The notes beneath the pieces were generated by a model. The model saw only the letters and a program-made list of their open reading frames with translations. It did no database searches and was not told the DNA's origin. The position numbers and the translations under genes were made by a program. From the NCBI GenBank assembly GCA_002633005.1, contig NMRA01000805.1, positions 1-64,000 on the forward strand: a stretch of 64,000 nucleotides of DNA, written 5' to 3'. Shown here piece by piece: positions 10,770-22,937 of this stretch; the stretch's first letter is position 1; each line of letters opens with the position of its first letter. The DNA comes from Phoronis australis. Its lineage: Eukaryota; Animalia; Phoronida.

Positions 10770-13700
10770 GCACAGTCAGGGCTTTCCATAAACCCCTACT
10801 GCTTGCAAGCGGGATGTTGAAATTTAGCAGGAAATTCAGGTACCCTCAAACACTAGCCTTGTTTAGTCAAAAATCTGGTTGTTTGACACTCACTTTTCGC
10901 CCAATTTCTGTAAACTGGAAAGATTCAGGACAGTCTGAATGCATTTCTCTCAGTTGGGAGAAGTCGCCTGCAAACTGTGGTTTTGTGATGAAAACCAATG
11001 ATTTCATTTGTGTATTATTATTAGTTTTTTAAAGGACACGAAACCCTGTTTTTAGGATTTCGACCAATCCTCGTTCTGTCAGCTGCTAATGCACCATTGA
11101 AATCCCACTTGATTGATAAAAGCAGGTTTCAAATAAAAATTCATACTTCTTTTGTCACTGACAGACAAGATATTATGGCACTTGGTACGTGGAACGTCTT
11201 TTCCTACAGGTGTCGCATAACTCGCCTAAAGCGTAGATCACGCTTGCCCGTTTAGCAGACTTGGCTGAGAGATTTTCAGCTTTTCAGCTCGAAACATTTG
11301 AGGGTTGTCGGGTTACATAGCATTATTTTGTTTCAGAGGATTAGATGGGAACGTCGTTTTTAATATCTGTTAATAGGCCAACGTGGTGCCCTCGTCCGGT
11401 AGTTGCACAAAGTCGACTGCTCGATGAAGGCTGGCTCAGTTGAACGAGGCTTTACGCTCGTAAGTTTATATTCGTTATAATTTTACGCTCGTATTTTACG
11501 CATGTTATGAAGTGTTCAGAAAGTAAAAAGTATGGAAGTGCAAAAGGTTGAAACAATTTCGAAAACTGAGTCAGGAGATTTTTTGACCTAGCAATCTCAA
11601 GCATTTGAAAGTGATCCGTTTTAGTAAATATTCTGGTGTCAAAATATATATCTAGGAGGTTGTCTGACAATGCTTTTATTTTATTTGTTAAAATTATTGT
11701 GCTTTTTCAATATTTAGGCCAAGTTTCATTCTCTTAATCGTAACAGTGCGTGCCGAGATGACATGTGGCATTGCAAAAACATAGGTTCAAAACAGTTTTC
11801 GGGGGTAATGTAGAAGAACTTCTAAATGTTGGTGGTAAATCACTCATTCTTTATTCAAGACATTTGAAAAACAAGCCACTTTCACAACAAAACAATATCA
11901 ACTGCGTATTAGTTTAATCGCTGGTGTTCTCGTGGACTACTTGCTACAATTACGAACGTAAAATAATAATAATGTACGAGCGTAAAACTTCCTGACGTGG
12001 CCTTCAAATCAATTACTCACTGGATATAACGATTACGGTCGTAAAACACGAGCGTAGCCTAATTACGGGCGACTCTTTCCTCCGAACGGCCCACGATATA
12101 CTATATAGCAATGATATTCTCAAAGCAGGATCGGAGCTAAGGATCATACCATAAAACCCTGAAACCTGTTTGTGTGGAAGTACAGGATAAGCCAAAAGAA
12201 TCAAATATCGTGCCCGGTCATGACGATCAATGTCCGCTTGACTCGGGTCTAAGGCCACAGTAGAGGCCTGTGTAGCTCCCACAATGAAAGGAATAAAATG
12301 GGGTGGGTCGAGTTTGACGGCAGTTTTGTGGATTGTATGGGAAGTGTTTGTCACAAATGGTATTCAGTAGTTCATTGAAGTTGTTTTGAGTAAGGTAAGT
12401 TCAGAAATTTGGCCTGTGCTGTTGTCTGCTAGGTTACGTACGAGACACATATCCTTCTTGAGACTTGAATTCCTTGCCATGAATCCAGATAACCTTCAAA
12501 CAAGTGGAAATTGTCAAAAATCTAGTTGGTATATTTCAACCCAAATTTCTGGAATCTAGAGTGAAAGAACATTCGGATGGTGGTCTCTTTTCTTGCACCG
12601 GGGCAAATTTGTGATTTTAATTGAAATGTGAAAACAACGCACTTCTTTAGTTAGTATTGGTACCTCGAATTTTTTCACGGTGGGTGTAGCGAGGTAAAAA
12701 GACAAGACTAAGTTGATTTTCTTCATTTTTGGGAAACCCCATGAGTGTACCTTTTGTCAGTTTCGCCTTTTTAGGTGAACGAGACAGCTGTGCAAACAAG
12801 GGCTTTGATTGGCCCAAGACCATTGGTACTGTGGTTTCAGTCCTCGCCATACCGGATGTAATTCTCACAGATCCGGCTTCTGATGCCGCCAAAATAATCA
12901 CAGTAACTGCAGTGACCGAATTACAATGTACTATATGTTTACTGCCCTAAGCGACAGGATGTCAATAACTTGATTATCGTCGCACACTACGATTTATTGC
13001 CGTAAGCTAAGTTTTAGAACCGTAAAAAACGCTGTCGGGCATTTTTGGGTGTTACGTCGCCTGGGTTTTTGGGGCACGGGTTTTTGGGGCACCCGCATTT
13101 TCCAATTCTACTGTAAAAACAACAACAACAAAAACACTGTCAGGCATTTTTGGGTGTTATACATCCCGTTCGGCAAAAAACGCTATCGGTAGTCTTCTGT
13201 TTTTTGCAGCGAATATTTCACCCTTACGTTTTGATTAAGACCCACATGTCCAGCTTTTCATCTTGAAGTCCCGCTTTTCAATCCAATTGCTCCGTTTTTT
13301 CGTTCTTGAATGTTGACCGTGACAACTATGCAACAAGTGTTCAAAATAACATTGTCTCTTTTTATGAATATTGTTATTTTCCAGAGTCCGCTTTCTTTAC
13401 TAACATAACGATCGTAATCTGTGTTCCAATGTCTCTTGTTTACGGCAACGTACACTACTGAAGAAAATAGTTTAATTTAAACTTTTATGTAAAGTCCTCC
13501 ACTGCAACCAATGTGATGAGCTATCTACAGTACTTTTCAAAGCTAGGTGAGAGATGTTTGCCCATTTTTATCTATCAGGAAACCTTTATCTGCAAATTTC
13601 GGATAGTTTACTTGGAGTAGTTTATCGCATTTTTCGTAAATATCGCCGCGTTCTAAATTTTTATTGAATGAAGAATGCAGTAGTTGTATCAACCGCACCA

Positions 13701-16222
13701 AAGGTCTAATTAATTATATTATAGAAAGATAATTTTGGATGACTGTCTGACTAAATTATGAACAGAGTGTGTGAGGGATCCATATTTCAAGTTACCTTTG
13801 TCTATATAGGGTAAAAATCTTTTGAATCACTGAAATTTTTTCCATAATGGCTTAATTAGTCATTTATACAAAGTCTCTGGTTCATTTCCTTCTTTCTGTT
13901 ACTACTACACGTTGTTATTTTTCGCATTTTGTCAACACTCTTGTTTTTTAAATTAAAAAAAAAAATTTAAACCAGTCAGGTAATGCGAATTGATATTTAC
14001 TTTAAAACGACTTAAATTGTTTTTCTTTTCCTTTAGGTATTGTTGTCGCGAAAATCATTGAATGAACGCGAGCAGGAGTTGCGGTGAAGTTAAACTTTAA
14101 TTCTTCGTTAGTTGTAGTTGCTCGGTTCAACTGTAACATACAAAACATTCTGTGAGACAATTAACAATGTGTTGGTCGTTTACTAAGTCACCATACTAAT
14201 ATTTAACATTGCTTGTATACCTACTCAAGCAAACGTCAAACTACTTGAGTCTAAGGTGATTCGGAAAGGCACTTAGAATACGCGTTGCAGCGTTGAAGTT
14301 CTGACTATATAACAAAACCAACTACAATATACTTGCACCAATTTGCTGCATAAATCACGACGAAACTGTGAGATAGTAAACTTATCGGTAATGGCATTGA
14401 AATTAGAATGAGACAAATTGGCGTGTTACATCTACAAACCATGGCCACATGCAACATACTATTGAAGAATATAGTCATGTGGGAAAATAGAAGCCGCATC
14501 ACAAACACAAAAATCACCAACAGATGGCGAATAAAGTCAAACTACTTACTAAGTGCGTCGGAACTTACAGGTGTAATTATCAAGAACTGACAAAGGGCTT
14601 TCCGATGATATGGCTCTTATGCAGTCAGATTGGAAAATCCCGCAGTTACGAAAAGTAAAGTCTGTAGCAACAAACGAATGCAACGCTAACATATAAGGAT
14701 CGGTATTTCGATTGTTTGTTGAATACGAAAAAAGAAGAAACAACTCTCTTGCATGCGCGGCCCAACACCAGAGGGCGCGAGATCGGAGTTGGCATTTCAG
14801 GGCTAGAGTTCTACGAAATTTCAGAACATTTTTCCACCATCTATTATTTAATTTGCACGTTTTTCGACAACAGTTGTCAAAAGCATTCGCCACCATGAGC
14901 GGCGCACTCGAGAGGGCTGTGGTGCTATAGTCTCACTTATTTCAGTGCTGCACCGCCCATGGTATCATAGGCGGCGTACCATAGGGGGGCTGGGGGGACT
15001 ATCGTAGCCCCCGCCATTTATTTCAGTGCTGCGCCGCCCATGAGTACGCAAGTCTGAGAGCAATTCGATTTCTCGGCTGCTCCTAGTTGCGAATTTTTTT
15101 AGTAACTGCTGAAGATATTGCATAAAATTATCGGTGTCAACCTGGACTAGCATCCAGGTGTTCTATGCAAGTTTCTGAGTAAGAGGTAAATCAGTTTCGC
15201 CGTGCTTATTCATTTTATCGTGATGGCGATCAGTATATTTGTTTTGCTCAGTGGTAAGAGGTTTTATTTTTATCGTGACCTCACTCATGAACATTATATT
15301 AAAGATAAAATCCGTTTTTATTGCTCTAGCGAGAGTTGCGACAAGTACAAAAACATTTTGAAAGAACTCGACTCACAGGATACATATATTAGACCTGCAA
15401 CCCAGCGCACTCGGCACAGATCTGAACGAGGTACCAGCATGTAATTACAGCACCACTCAGTGGAATGCACATAAATGCATATCTTAGGTGTCTCCTCTCC
15501 GGGTGAGGCTGCAGCTGGGAACCTCCCAGGGTGGGGGGGGGGAGGGGCAAAAGTGAGCTTGATTAGATATTTGATGTAAAATGAATCATCGTGCCACACT
15601 GAGCGCCGAGTGGCCGAATGTCGTATGATATATACTTGCACTCTAGGAAACGCCCGTTAGTAAAACTCGCATCATGGAAAGTTTAACTTCTCGCAAAAAG
15701 GGAAAAAGCTATATTCGTATGAGGGAAACCCAATCCCTTCCCCCCTTATCACTTCACAGTTTATTTTGGAGACGCGCCAGCCAAAACTGGTTTAAAACTA
15801 AGAGCACCGAATGACCCGTGGCACGGAAGAAATTAGGGTAATGACCCAGAAACCCCAAAAGGACCCACCCGGCCCAGCTTGAGCTAGCTCAAACATTCGA
15901 GGTACTACAAAAACAATTTCTTATTATTCAATGCAACAGTGACACTAAACGGTATATGACGGAAAAACGCTGTTTGGACTCCCAAACGTCTCACCAACGA
16001 AATGCTCATGGTTAAATTTTTGACCTAGATTGAGGTACTGGCCAAACGATTTTTTAAAAAATGTAAAAGCAGTTAACCCTTAATACCGAATAACCCATTT
16101 ATGGAAAATTGCAGTCTGGAAAGGTCCCGTCGGAGACTAAGGAGGGCCTCCCATGATGGTGCTTGTTCAACTTAATCCACTAGCTGCTTAATTGCCGTCT
16201 ACTGTCACTAGAAATCAGCCAT

Positions 16223-16307
16223 CATGGTACTGAGACAAGCAGACTACGTCATGGTACTGAGACAAGCAGACTACGCCATGGTACTGAGACAAGCAGACTA
16301 CGTCATG
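16223..16307. repeat. 27-bp tandem repeat x3
   Basis: CATGGTACTGAGACAAGCAGACTACGT at 16223, 16250 and 16277. Confidence 0.9.
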
Positions 16308-16448
16308 TCTTGTGGTGTACTGGTTGTCTTCTTCACCAAGTCATTTAAGAGTCTTGGGTTTCAATGAGGTAGAGATCCCTGTTCTTATTTCTTTTACGGC
16401 GAAATATCCAATTCCATGAGAATACTAAATAAATCACGTCTTGTTAGT

Positions 16449-16793
<345 letters not shown>

Positions 16794-18546
16794 NAGACAT
16801 GAGTATAAAAATAAATATCTGACACTTAGTAGAGTTCCTGATGGGACAACTGTTTTGATAAAATATGTGTTCTGCACTTATATTGGAATCGTATGAAACA
16901 TATGTTTGGAAGAAGTCCTGATAAAATGCATTTAATCAATTATTATATCTCATTGTCCAATTTTGTCTCTTGTAAATAGAGTATATTTGTTTGTTGCGCT
17001 ACACTTGATGAAAATATTCATATTCAACGTTATATTGATCGCATGCTTTGTTGAAATCACGACATACATGATTTGCTTCTGCAGACTCACTTTCAATCAA
17101 GAACAACCTTGAGGCATATTTCTGGCATAACCCGACACATTACCATTAGCAATCGTTCTCTAATGATTTTAACTCTACATTTCAGACTGCTAATTTTCAC
17201 CCGGTTATTTACACCAGTGGAATATGGTTAACACTTTTCAACTTGTAAAGAATAAACAAAAAAATATTGTGTCCAAAATTATGGCCGTTACCGGCGGGGT
17301 AGACAGGTCACACGGTAGTCCTCGCGGTCACTAACCGACTAAACACCGAAGATGAAACCTGTCCCTATAGTAACTAGGCTTTACAATTCCGGCAGCTGTA
17401 ATTTTCCCATCCTCTCCTTATTTGCTGCCTCCGACCATAGAAGTTGCAACTTTGTTCTCCAGGCGGCGGCCTACTGCAGACGTGCGCGATCTATAAGTTA
17501 ATAAAATTTACTTTTAGGGTGTGTATAAACCCCGAAAATTTTTTCCGTTGGTTTTAGTGCTATATCCGTATGTCGTTTGCTCATCCTTGTCTTCAGCTGG
17601 TATTCGCGTTAATCACGACGTAAACGGATTCGGATTTCTTGCGTCAGTAGCCAAACTTGACAATTATTGCACAAAACCGCGCGATTTGTACTAAATTTAA
17701 AGAAGTTCAAAGTTGGTGCGTAAGACATTCAGCAAATTTTTGAACTTGCAACCAAAAGTACAACATTATCCTTCAGTTGTTAGTGTGACCACGACCCATA
17801 GGTGACTTGACTATCTCAGTGGTGGACGACCTGTGTCCTATCTGGCGCAGCGCCACCTCTCCTAAAGTACCCTGGTGTGGGGCATGGCTCCTTTGGCCTC
17901 CCTCTAAATCCGCAACTGGGCACCCCTGGTGGCTTGTAGTCATGAAGCATACAGTGAAGTTAATCTGATATGGTTTTGCAAGGACCACTACTAAGTCATT
18001 ATATGTTGAATGCACCAAGGAACGCTGAGCCAGAAAAAGTTGTAAAGCAGAATTCGGCGAACCCATGTTTTTGAACAACCTTCAAAAACAAACTCTAGTA
18101 ACTCTCTTCTCTTTGCGCTCGAAGCGTATGCCACCCCTTGACCCCAAATCAACTGCCGATGACAAAAGAAAGTTATAACGGCAGGTCATTATTACTTATT
18201 AAAGGCACTCCTCCCTTGACATTCACCAATTTAGAACACAGGATGAATTATGTCAGTCTAAAATATAAACATTTCGTGACTTTCTGCCCTGTTTGCGTTT
18301 GTCTTATTGTACTGTTATTTTTTATTTTTTAAAAACAGATGTGGGGTTTGCGCAGATGCCTCATTACATAAGGCGGGGGTTGAGTGTGTACCTATAATAC
18401 ATAAGTCAGCTGTCACTCATTACGGCGGCCATTTTAGATAGTGATGGTGCACTACCAAAAATCAAAATTAAAATGAAAAACTCATGTTAAATTCGGATAA
18501 GTTTAAAATACTCGGGAGTTGTGTCGAATGAGCATCATTTGGGCTT

Positions 18547-18638
18547 GCGTTTTGACTGTACTAAATGGCGTTTTGACTGTAATAACTGGCGTTTTGACTG
18601 TACTAACTGGCGTTTTGACTGTACTAACAGGCGTTTTA
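18547..18638. repeat. 21-bp tandem repeat, about 4 copies
   Basis: GCGTTTTGACTGTACTAACTG units. Confidence 0.85.
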
Positions 18639-18725
18639 TGACTTTTTAAATTAAAATGACGCGGGAAGAGTGTCTTTAAACAAATCAACCAAAATCAACG
18701 TAATTGCCATATACGAAAACGTCTT

Positions 18726-19305
18726 TTGTTGTTTATTTGTTTTTGTATTGAAGGCCTCTGACCCAAAGTACAATAAACAAAACAATCAGGCACATTTGCA
18801 CAAGCAGTCAACCCATTTAAGAGTTGTTCTCGTCTTTTAAGGGCAAAATACACATATTTAACAGCAGATATATCTGGATTAGCGAGCAGGCGTATACAGG
18901 ATTCTTGAGTTGGATGCCTCCATTGAACTTCCTTCATAAAACGTGACCTAAGTTCACAATATCCCTTGCAAACCAACAGGAAATGGTATTCATCCTCTAC
19001 AAGACCATCATTGCAAGCCATACATAATCTATTGTAATATTCCACTTTCTCGTGTCTACCCACTTCCACTTGTAGTCTGTGGTTGGAGCAACGTGAACGA
19101 GTAAACGCTTGAATAAGACTATTGTGTAGCGGTAACTTAAGATATGGTTCAAAACAGTACAGAGTCTTAAAGTTAGAGTAGAATTTAAGTTTTGCATTAT
19201 GCTCAATTTCTGATCGCCAACCTTGCTCATAACAGTCATTAACTCTTTGCGCGAAGAAACTTAAAAACGAGACTTCGCACGTGACACCTTGATTCAACCA
19301 GAAAA
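18726..19305 (-). mobile_element. 5'-truncated non-LTR retrotransposon (ORF2 C-terminus with CCHC knuckle)
   Basis: Translation WLNQGV...QRVNDCYEQGW...RCSNHRLQVEVGRH...RLCMACNDGLVEDEYHFLLVCKGY is typical of LINE ORF2 C-termini. A-rich tail. 10-bp target-site duplication AAAACGTCTT at 18716-18725 and 19306-19315. Confidence 0.85.
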
Positions 19306-19475
19306 AAAACGTCTTCTCTTGCAATGGAAACTGTTTGTGAAGGCCAATTAGTATTCTGTTTACTGTCACTGCACTGACAATTCTTATTAAAGTCGCAAGA
19401 AAACATCATAAACTGCCACTACAAGTTCAATAATATATCTTCATACTCCTAGCCTGGAGTATGGAGTCACAATCC

Positions 19476-20417
19476 CTAAAGTTCTACGGTTGCATACGGC
19501 GCACGGGATTTCATAAGACCCTCCGCAATTTCTTTCAGGCTTTTCCCGCAAATAGGGTGAACCAAACACGGTTCCAAGTCCGCTAAAGGAACTGCAACAT
19601 GGCTGTAGACGATGGCGTCGTTATGGGGTAATGCCTGTCGCTTCTTTTTCACCACACCTTCTTCTTTCCATACCCTTTCGAATTCAGAGACCCGTTTTCC
19701 CCAATACGAGATGTCAATGTCCAGAGCAACCAAAATTTGATTCCAATCGCTGGTGTTTCGCTGCCTCCCCACTTTGTCTTCAATCGACTGCAATTGGGTT
19801 TTGAAGGCTACTGGGTCCTTTTTTGTGATTAGCTTAACTGCCATGTTCAAATAGTCCATTTCGCCCTGGGCATTAGATGCCGCCTCTGTTCTAAAGACTC
19901 TCGATACACCCAGGACAGTCGTTGAAGATTTTAACATTTCTAAGGCGTCCCTAAGATTTTCTTTCGCATTGGCGGTGTTCGACCCAAGAGACAAATAGAC
20001 GACTGGTTGAGGATAGTCGCAATATTCTCTTTCGATGACTACCCCCGTCGTTTCTGCCTCCGGTATGGCGTGTGGCTTGTTGACAAACACTCTCGTCCAC
20101 GGAACGTTGAATAAGACTATTATTATTCCAGCAATATCTTCTACCATTTTCTCTATTAAGTTGAACTTGTTGCTTTTCACATAATTGGAAACCGCAGTAC
20201 AAACTGTTTCGTAATTTGTACACAATTGCGGATTATCTTCGTCAGCGGATGTTTTCACGTTCGTGGCAATATGCATAGTGATGAAGACCTCCTGAAATTG
20301 TCCAATTTCATGGGGGTAGTACCCAATCTGTGTCGAACATTTAAGATTTTTCACATACAGCATATCACGTATCTTATCCATCGTGTCCTGAAATGAATTA
20401 ATAGTCACTGCATCAAC
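19476..20417 (-). CDS. folB-folK: Bifunctional dihydroneopterin aldolase / 6-hydroxymethyl-7,8-dihydropterin pyrophosphokinase (FolB-FolK fusion), main exon
   Basis: N-domain (about 20025-20381): IGYYPHE, TNYE, FNLIE, PWTRVFVNKPHAIPEAETTGVVIER, matching FolB with catalytic E/Y/E/K. C-domain (about 19500-20003): VYLSLGSN, DYLNMAV, IEDKVGRQR, LDIDI, LPH, PLADLEP..VHP, matching FolK/HPPK. Acceptor tttctacag precedes 20417 in phase 0. Confidence 0.9.
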   Translation of the reverse strand, partial: VDAVTINSFQDTMDKIRDMLYVKNLKCSTQIGYYPHEIGQFQEVFITMHIATNVKTSADEDNPQLCTNYETVCTAVSNYVKSNKFNLIEKMVEDIAGIIIVLFNVPWTRVFVNKPHAIPEAETTGVVIEREYCDYPQPVVYLSLGSNTANAKENLRDALEMLKSSTTVLGVSRVFRTEAASNAQGEMDYLNMAVKLITKKDPVAFKTQLQSIEDKVGRQRNTSDWNQILVALDIDISYWGKRVSEFERVWKEEGVVKKKRQALPHNDAIVYSHVAVPLADLEPCLVHPICGKSLKEIAEGLMKSRAPYATVEL

Positions 20418-21177
20418 CTGTAGAAACCAAGACCCTAAACCCAATCTCCGAACAAGAGTTCCTGACTAACTTCCATATTAATTTCTTTCTTTGGTTACAT
20501 TCGCAACATCATATCTTAGAAATAGCTGATGGGATTTATATGAGACTTTCATATACTAATGCTTTGGGCACTATTCTCCAAACAACTTGGACGTGAAAAG
20601 TCTCATCTTATCGTGGGCCCTTCAGTATTACGCTTATTTTTACGATCGAAAAATACGAGCGTAAAATTACGAGAGTAGCCCACATTTTCTTCAGAGCTCT
20701 CGTGATAAACAATGTGGTAATTACAGTCGCAAAACAGAAGCGAAGTCTCGGTCGTAATTACGAGCGTATGTACGGGCGACACTTTCCCTTGAAAGGCTTA
20801 TACTACGATTTTTTGTCCTAAAATCAGCCGGACATTTTAAAAACGAGGCCAGTGTAGCAACGTTTTTTCGTACCTCCAGGACAAAAGGATGCTTCGCTAA
20901 AACTGTCAGGTAGCCAAAGCCCGTTTCAATGAATTCAAATAAAAGTACCAAAAAACACACACAGCAGAGTTTGTTGTTTTATGGCTCTGGTGCAAAACTG
21001 GTCATGGTTGTACTACCAAATACTACAAAACTGCGTTCTTGGCCCTGACGCCGATTGTGTATCTCCAAAAACAGGTGAAATCTCAGTCACATGAAACTCA
21101 TCTCAAAAAGAACCGTTGCTACGCTACGTGCATATTCTATCATCAGACTTATTTCATTCACATGAAAAACTACTTAC

Positions 21178-21198
21178 TTCTACATCCGCTACATCCAT
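21178..21198 (-). CDS. folB-folK: Putative first coding exon of the folB-folK gene (MDVADVE)
   Basis: Minus strand reads ctataATGGATGTAGCGGATGTAGAA|gtaagta. A at -3 and G at +4, consensus donor, phase 0 in frame with the exon starting at 20417. Intron 20418-21177. Confidence 0.6.
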
Positions 21199-22937
21199 TA
21201 TAGTTCACTTTTAAGCTTCCACGGTATCAACCTCCCTAAAACTACCTCTTGTACAAGTGTACGAACCACCGAGATTTTGAAAAACATTTAGCATATACAT
21301 ATATATTATCTATCAATCTCGTCTGCAAACTAGCTCAGTTATCAGTTACCGGCTCCTGAATGATATACAGCCTAGGGTTGGGTAACGTAGAACTGACGAC
21401 AAGAGTCTTAAGTTCAAATGTGTACGTCATAATTGCTATCTAATGTATAACGTTCAGGCAACTTATGTCCATGTATGCAATTCAGCTGCAAAACATTCCC
21501 GGCAGAGTCGGCAGTAATTTTTGTCAAGGAACCGGCTTACAATATATTCCCCATCATGCTAACTTGCTAACTAAACCAGGAACTCCATTGCTGAGGCTAA
21601 TTGAATGGGGATGACTATACGCAGGCCAAATTATATGCATATATAACCAGTTCAAATCCCAAGCGATATCCCAAACCCAGAAGTCATTCCCCAGATATTG
21701 GTAAAGGAAATAATGAGACCAACTAAGTACTAAGTGGTATTTCTTCTAAAAGTTAGTTTCGAAGCATCGAAACTCTCCGAGAACGGATGTTTTGTGACTG
21801 TAAATACGTAAGCATAAACTGGATTAAGTTCGTTATGAGTGGCGCTAGTGTACAGTTGCACTGTAGGCGTGACAATTGCACTGCCTAGAAATCACACGAT
21901 TGGGGTACGTCTGGCATGGTGGCACTAAGTTTCGAAGCGGTAGGCATTATTAGAAGGTTCAGTGAGACAGGTTTGCTTGTATTTGTAAAAATGTTGGGAC
22001 TGAGAACAGTTCACTAGTTCAGCTTTAGGTACACTTTTTCTTCAAAATGGCGGCCCACATAGCAGTGTTGAATTTCGGTGGCAGTTAATAGGTTTCATTA
22101 AGAAAATGGCTCCTGCTGGGTTGGCTGGGCATATGATGCCTGCGAATAGAGATGAGCATTTGCGTGATCTTTTAGGCTGTTTTGAGCGAGAGATTGCCAG
22201 TTTTGTTGACCCCTTGACCCACATCATAGACTCAGTGGTGGCTTTTCATAACCTTTACTGCTTGCAAGCCGGAAGTTGAAATTTGGCAGAAAATTCAGAT
22301 ACAATTCAGACACTTTGGGTTTGCAAAAATGTAGCTGGTAGACACCTACCTTTCTCCTGATTTCCGTAATCTGGAGAGTTTTGGCCGTCGAACTTCATTG
22401 TCTGTCAGTTCGTCAGTAATCGCAGTGCAAATGGTGGCTTTGGGCCAGGATAAAAGCTGATGATGTTTGCTCGTTTTTAAAGTAGCCAGCTGCACTTCCC
22501 GTAGTCGTAAAAGATGGAAAATTGACGTTGTGCAGGGCACAACGCACGGTTCATATGTTCAGGTTTCGTACATCTTGTGGCACAGGCTGTTGGAGCTGCC
22601 AACTAAGACCTGTTTTTTCAAGACCAAAAACTGTTGCGTGCCACCCTTCTGTTTAGCGACTGAAAAATATGTTGCGATTTCAGATAGCCTTCAAACAACC
22701 TTAATAGCAAAAAATCTAGTTGGTGGCAACCTATTTTTACCATGGCCTGGAATCTTCAGGAAATTGGCATTCAGAATCTAGTGCCTTTAGCTTAGGTCTA
22801 ACAGTGACAGGGAAGTTGTGGTTGGGTTTACCTTTTGGACCTCGCATCCTCTTTCGGTGTTAGTGAAAGGGCCAAAGATATAAGACAGAATGAAGTTTCT
22901 GTGGCCATGCGTAGCGGTAGTAATGTGAAACGACTAA

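Noticed and set aside
11029-12010. Possible Kolobok element starting TTAA-AGGACACG
   Set aside because: Could not identify a convincing matching right TIR with TTAA.
12013-12950. ORFs of 73-113 aa with coding-like composition
   Set aside because: No recognisable motif and no convincing paired splice sites.
20418-20444. ORF-track N-terminus MGLGSWFLQ of folB-folK
   Set aside because: Starts at TTG and coincides with a splice acceptor (tttctacag); more likely intronic.
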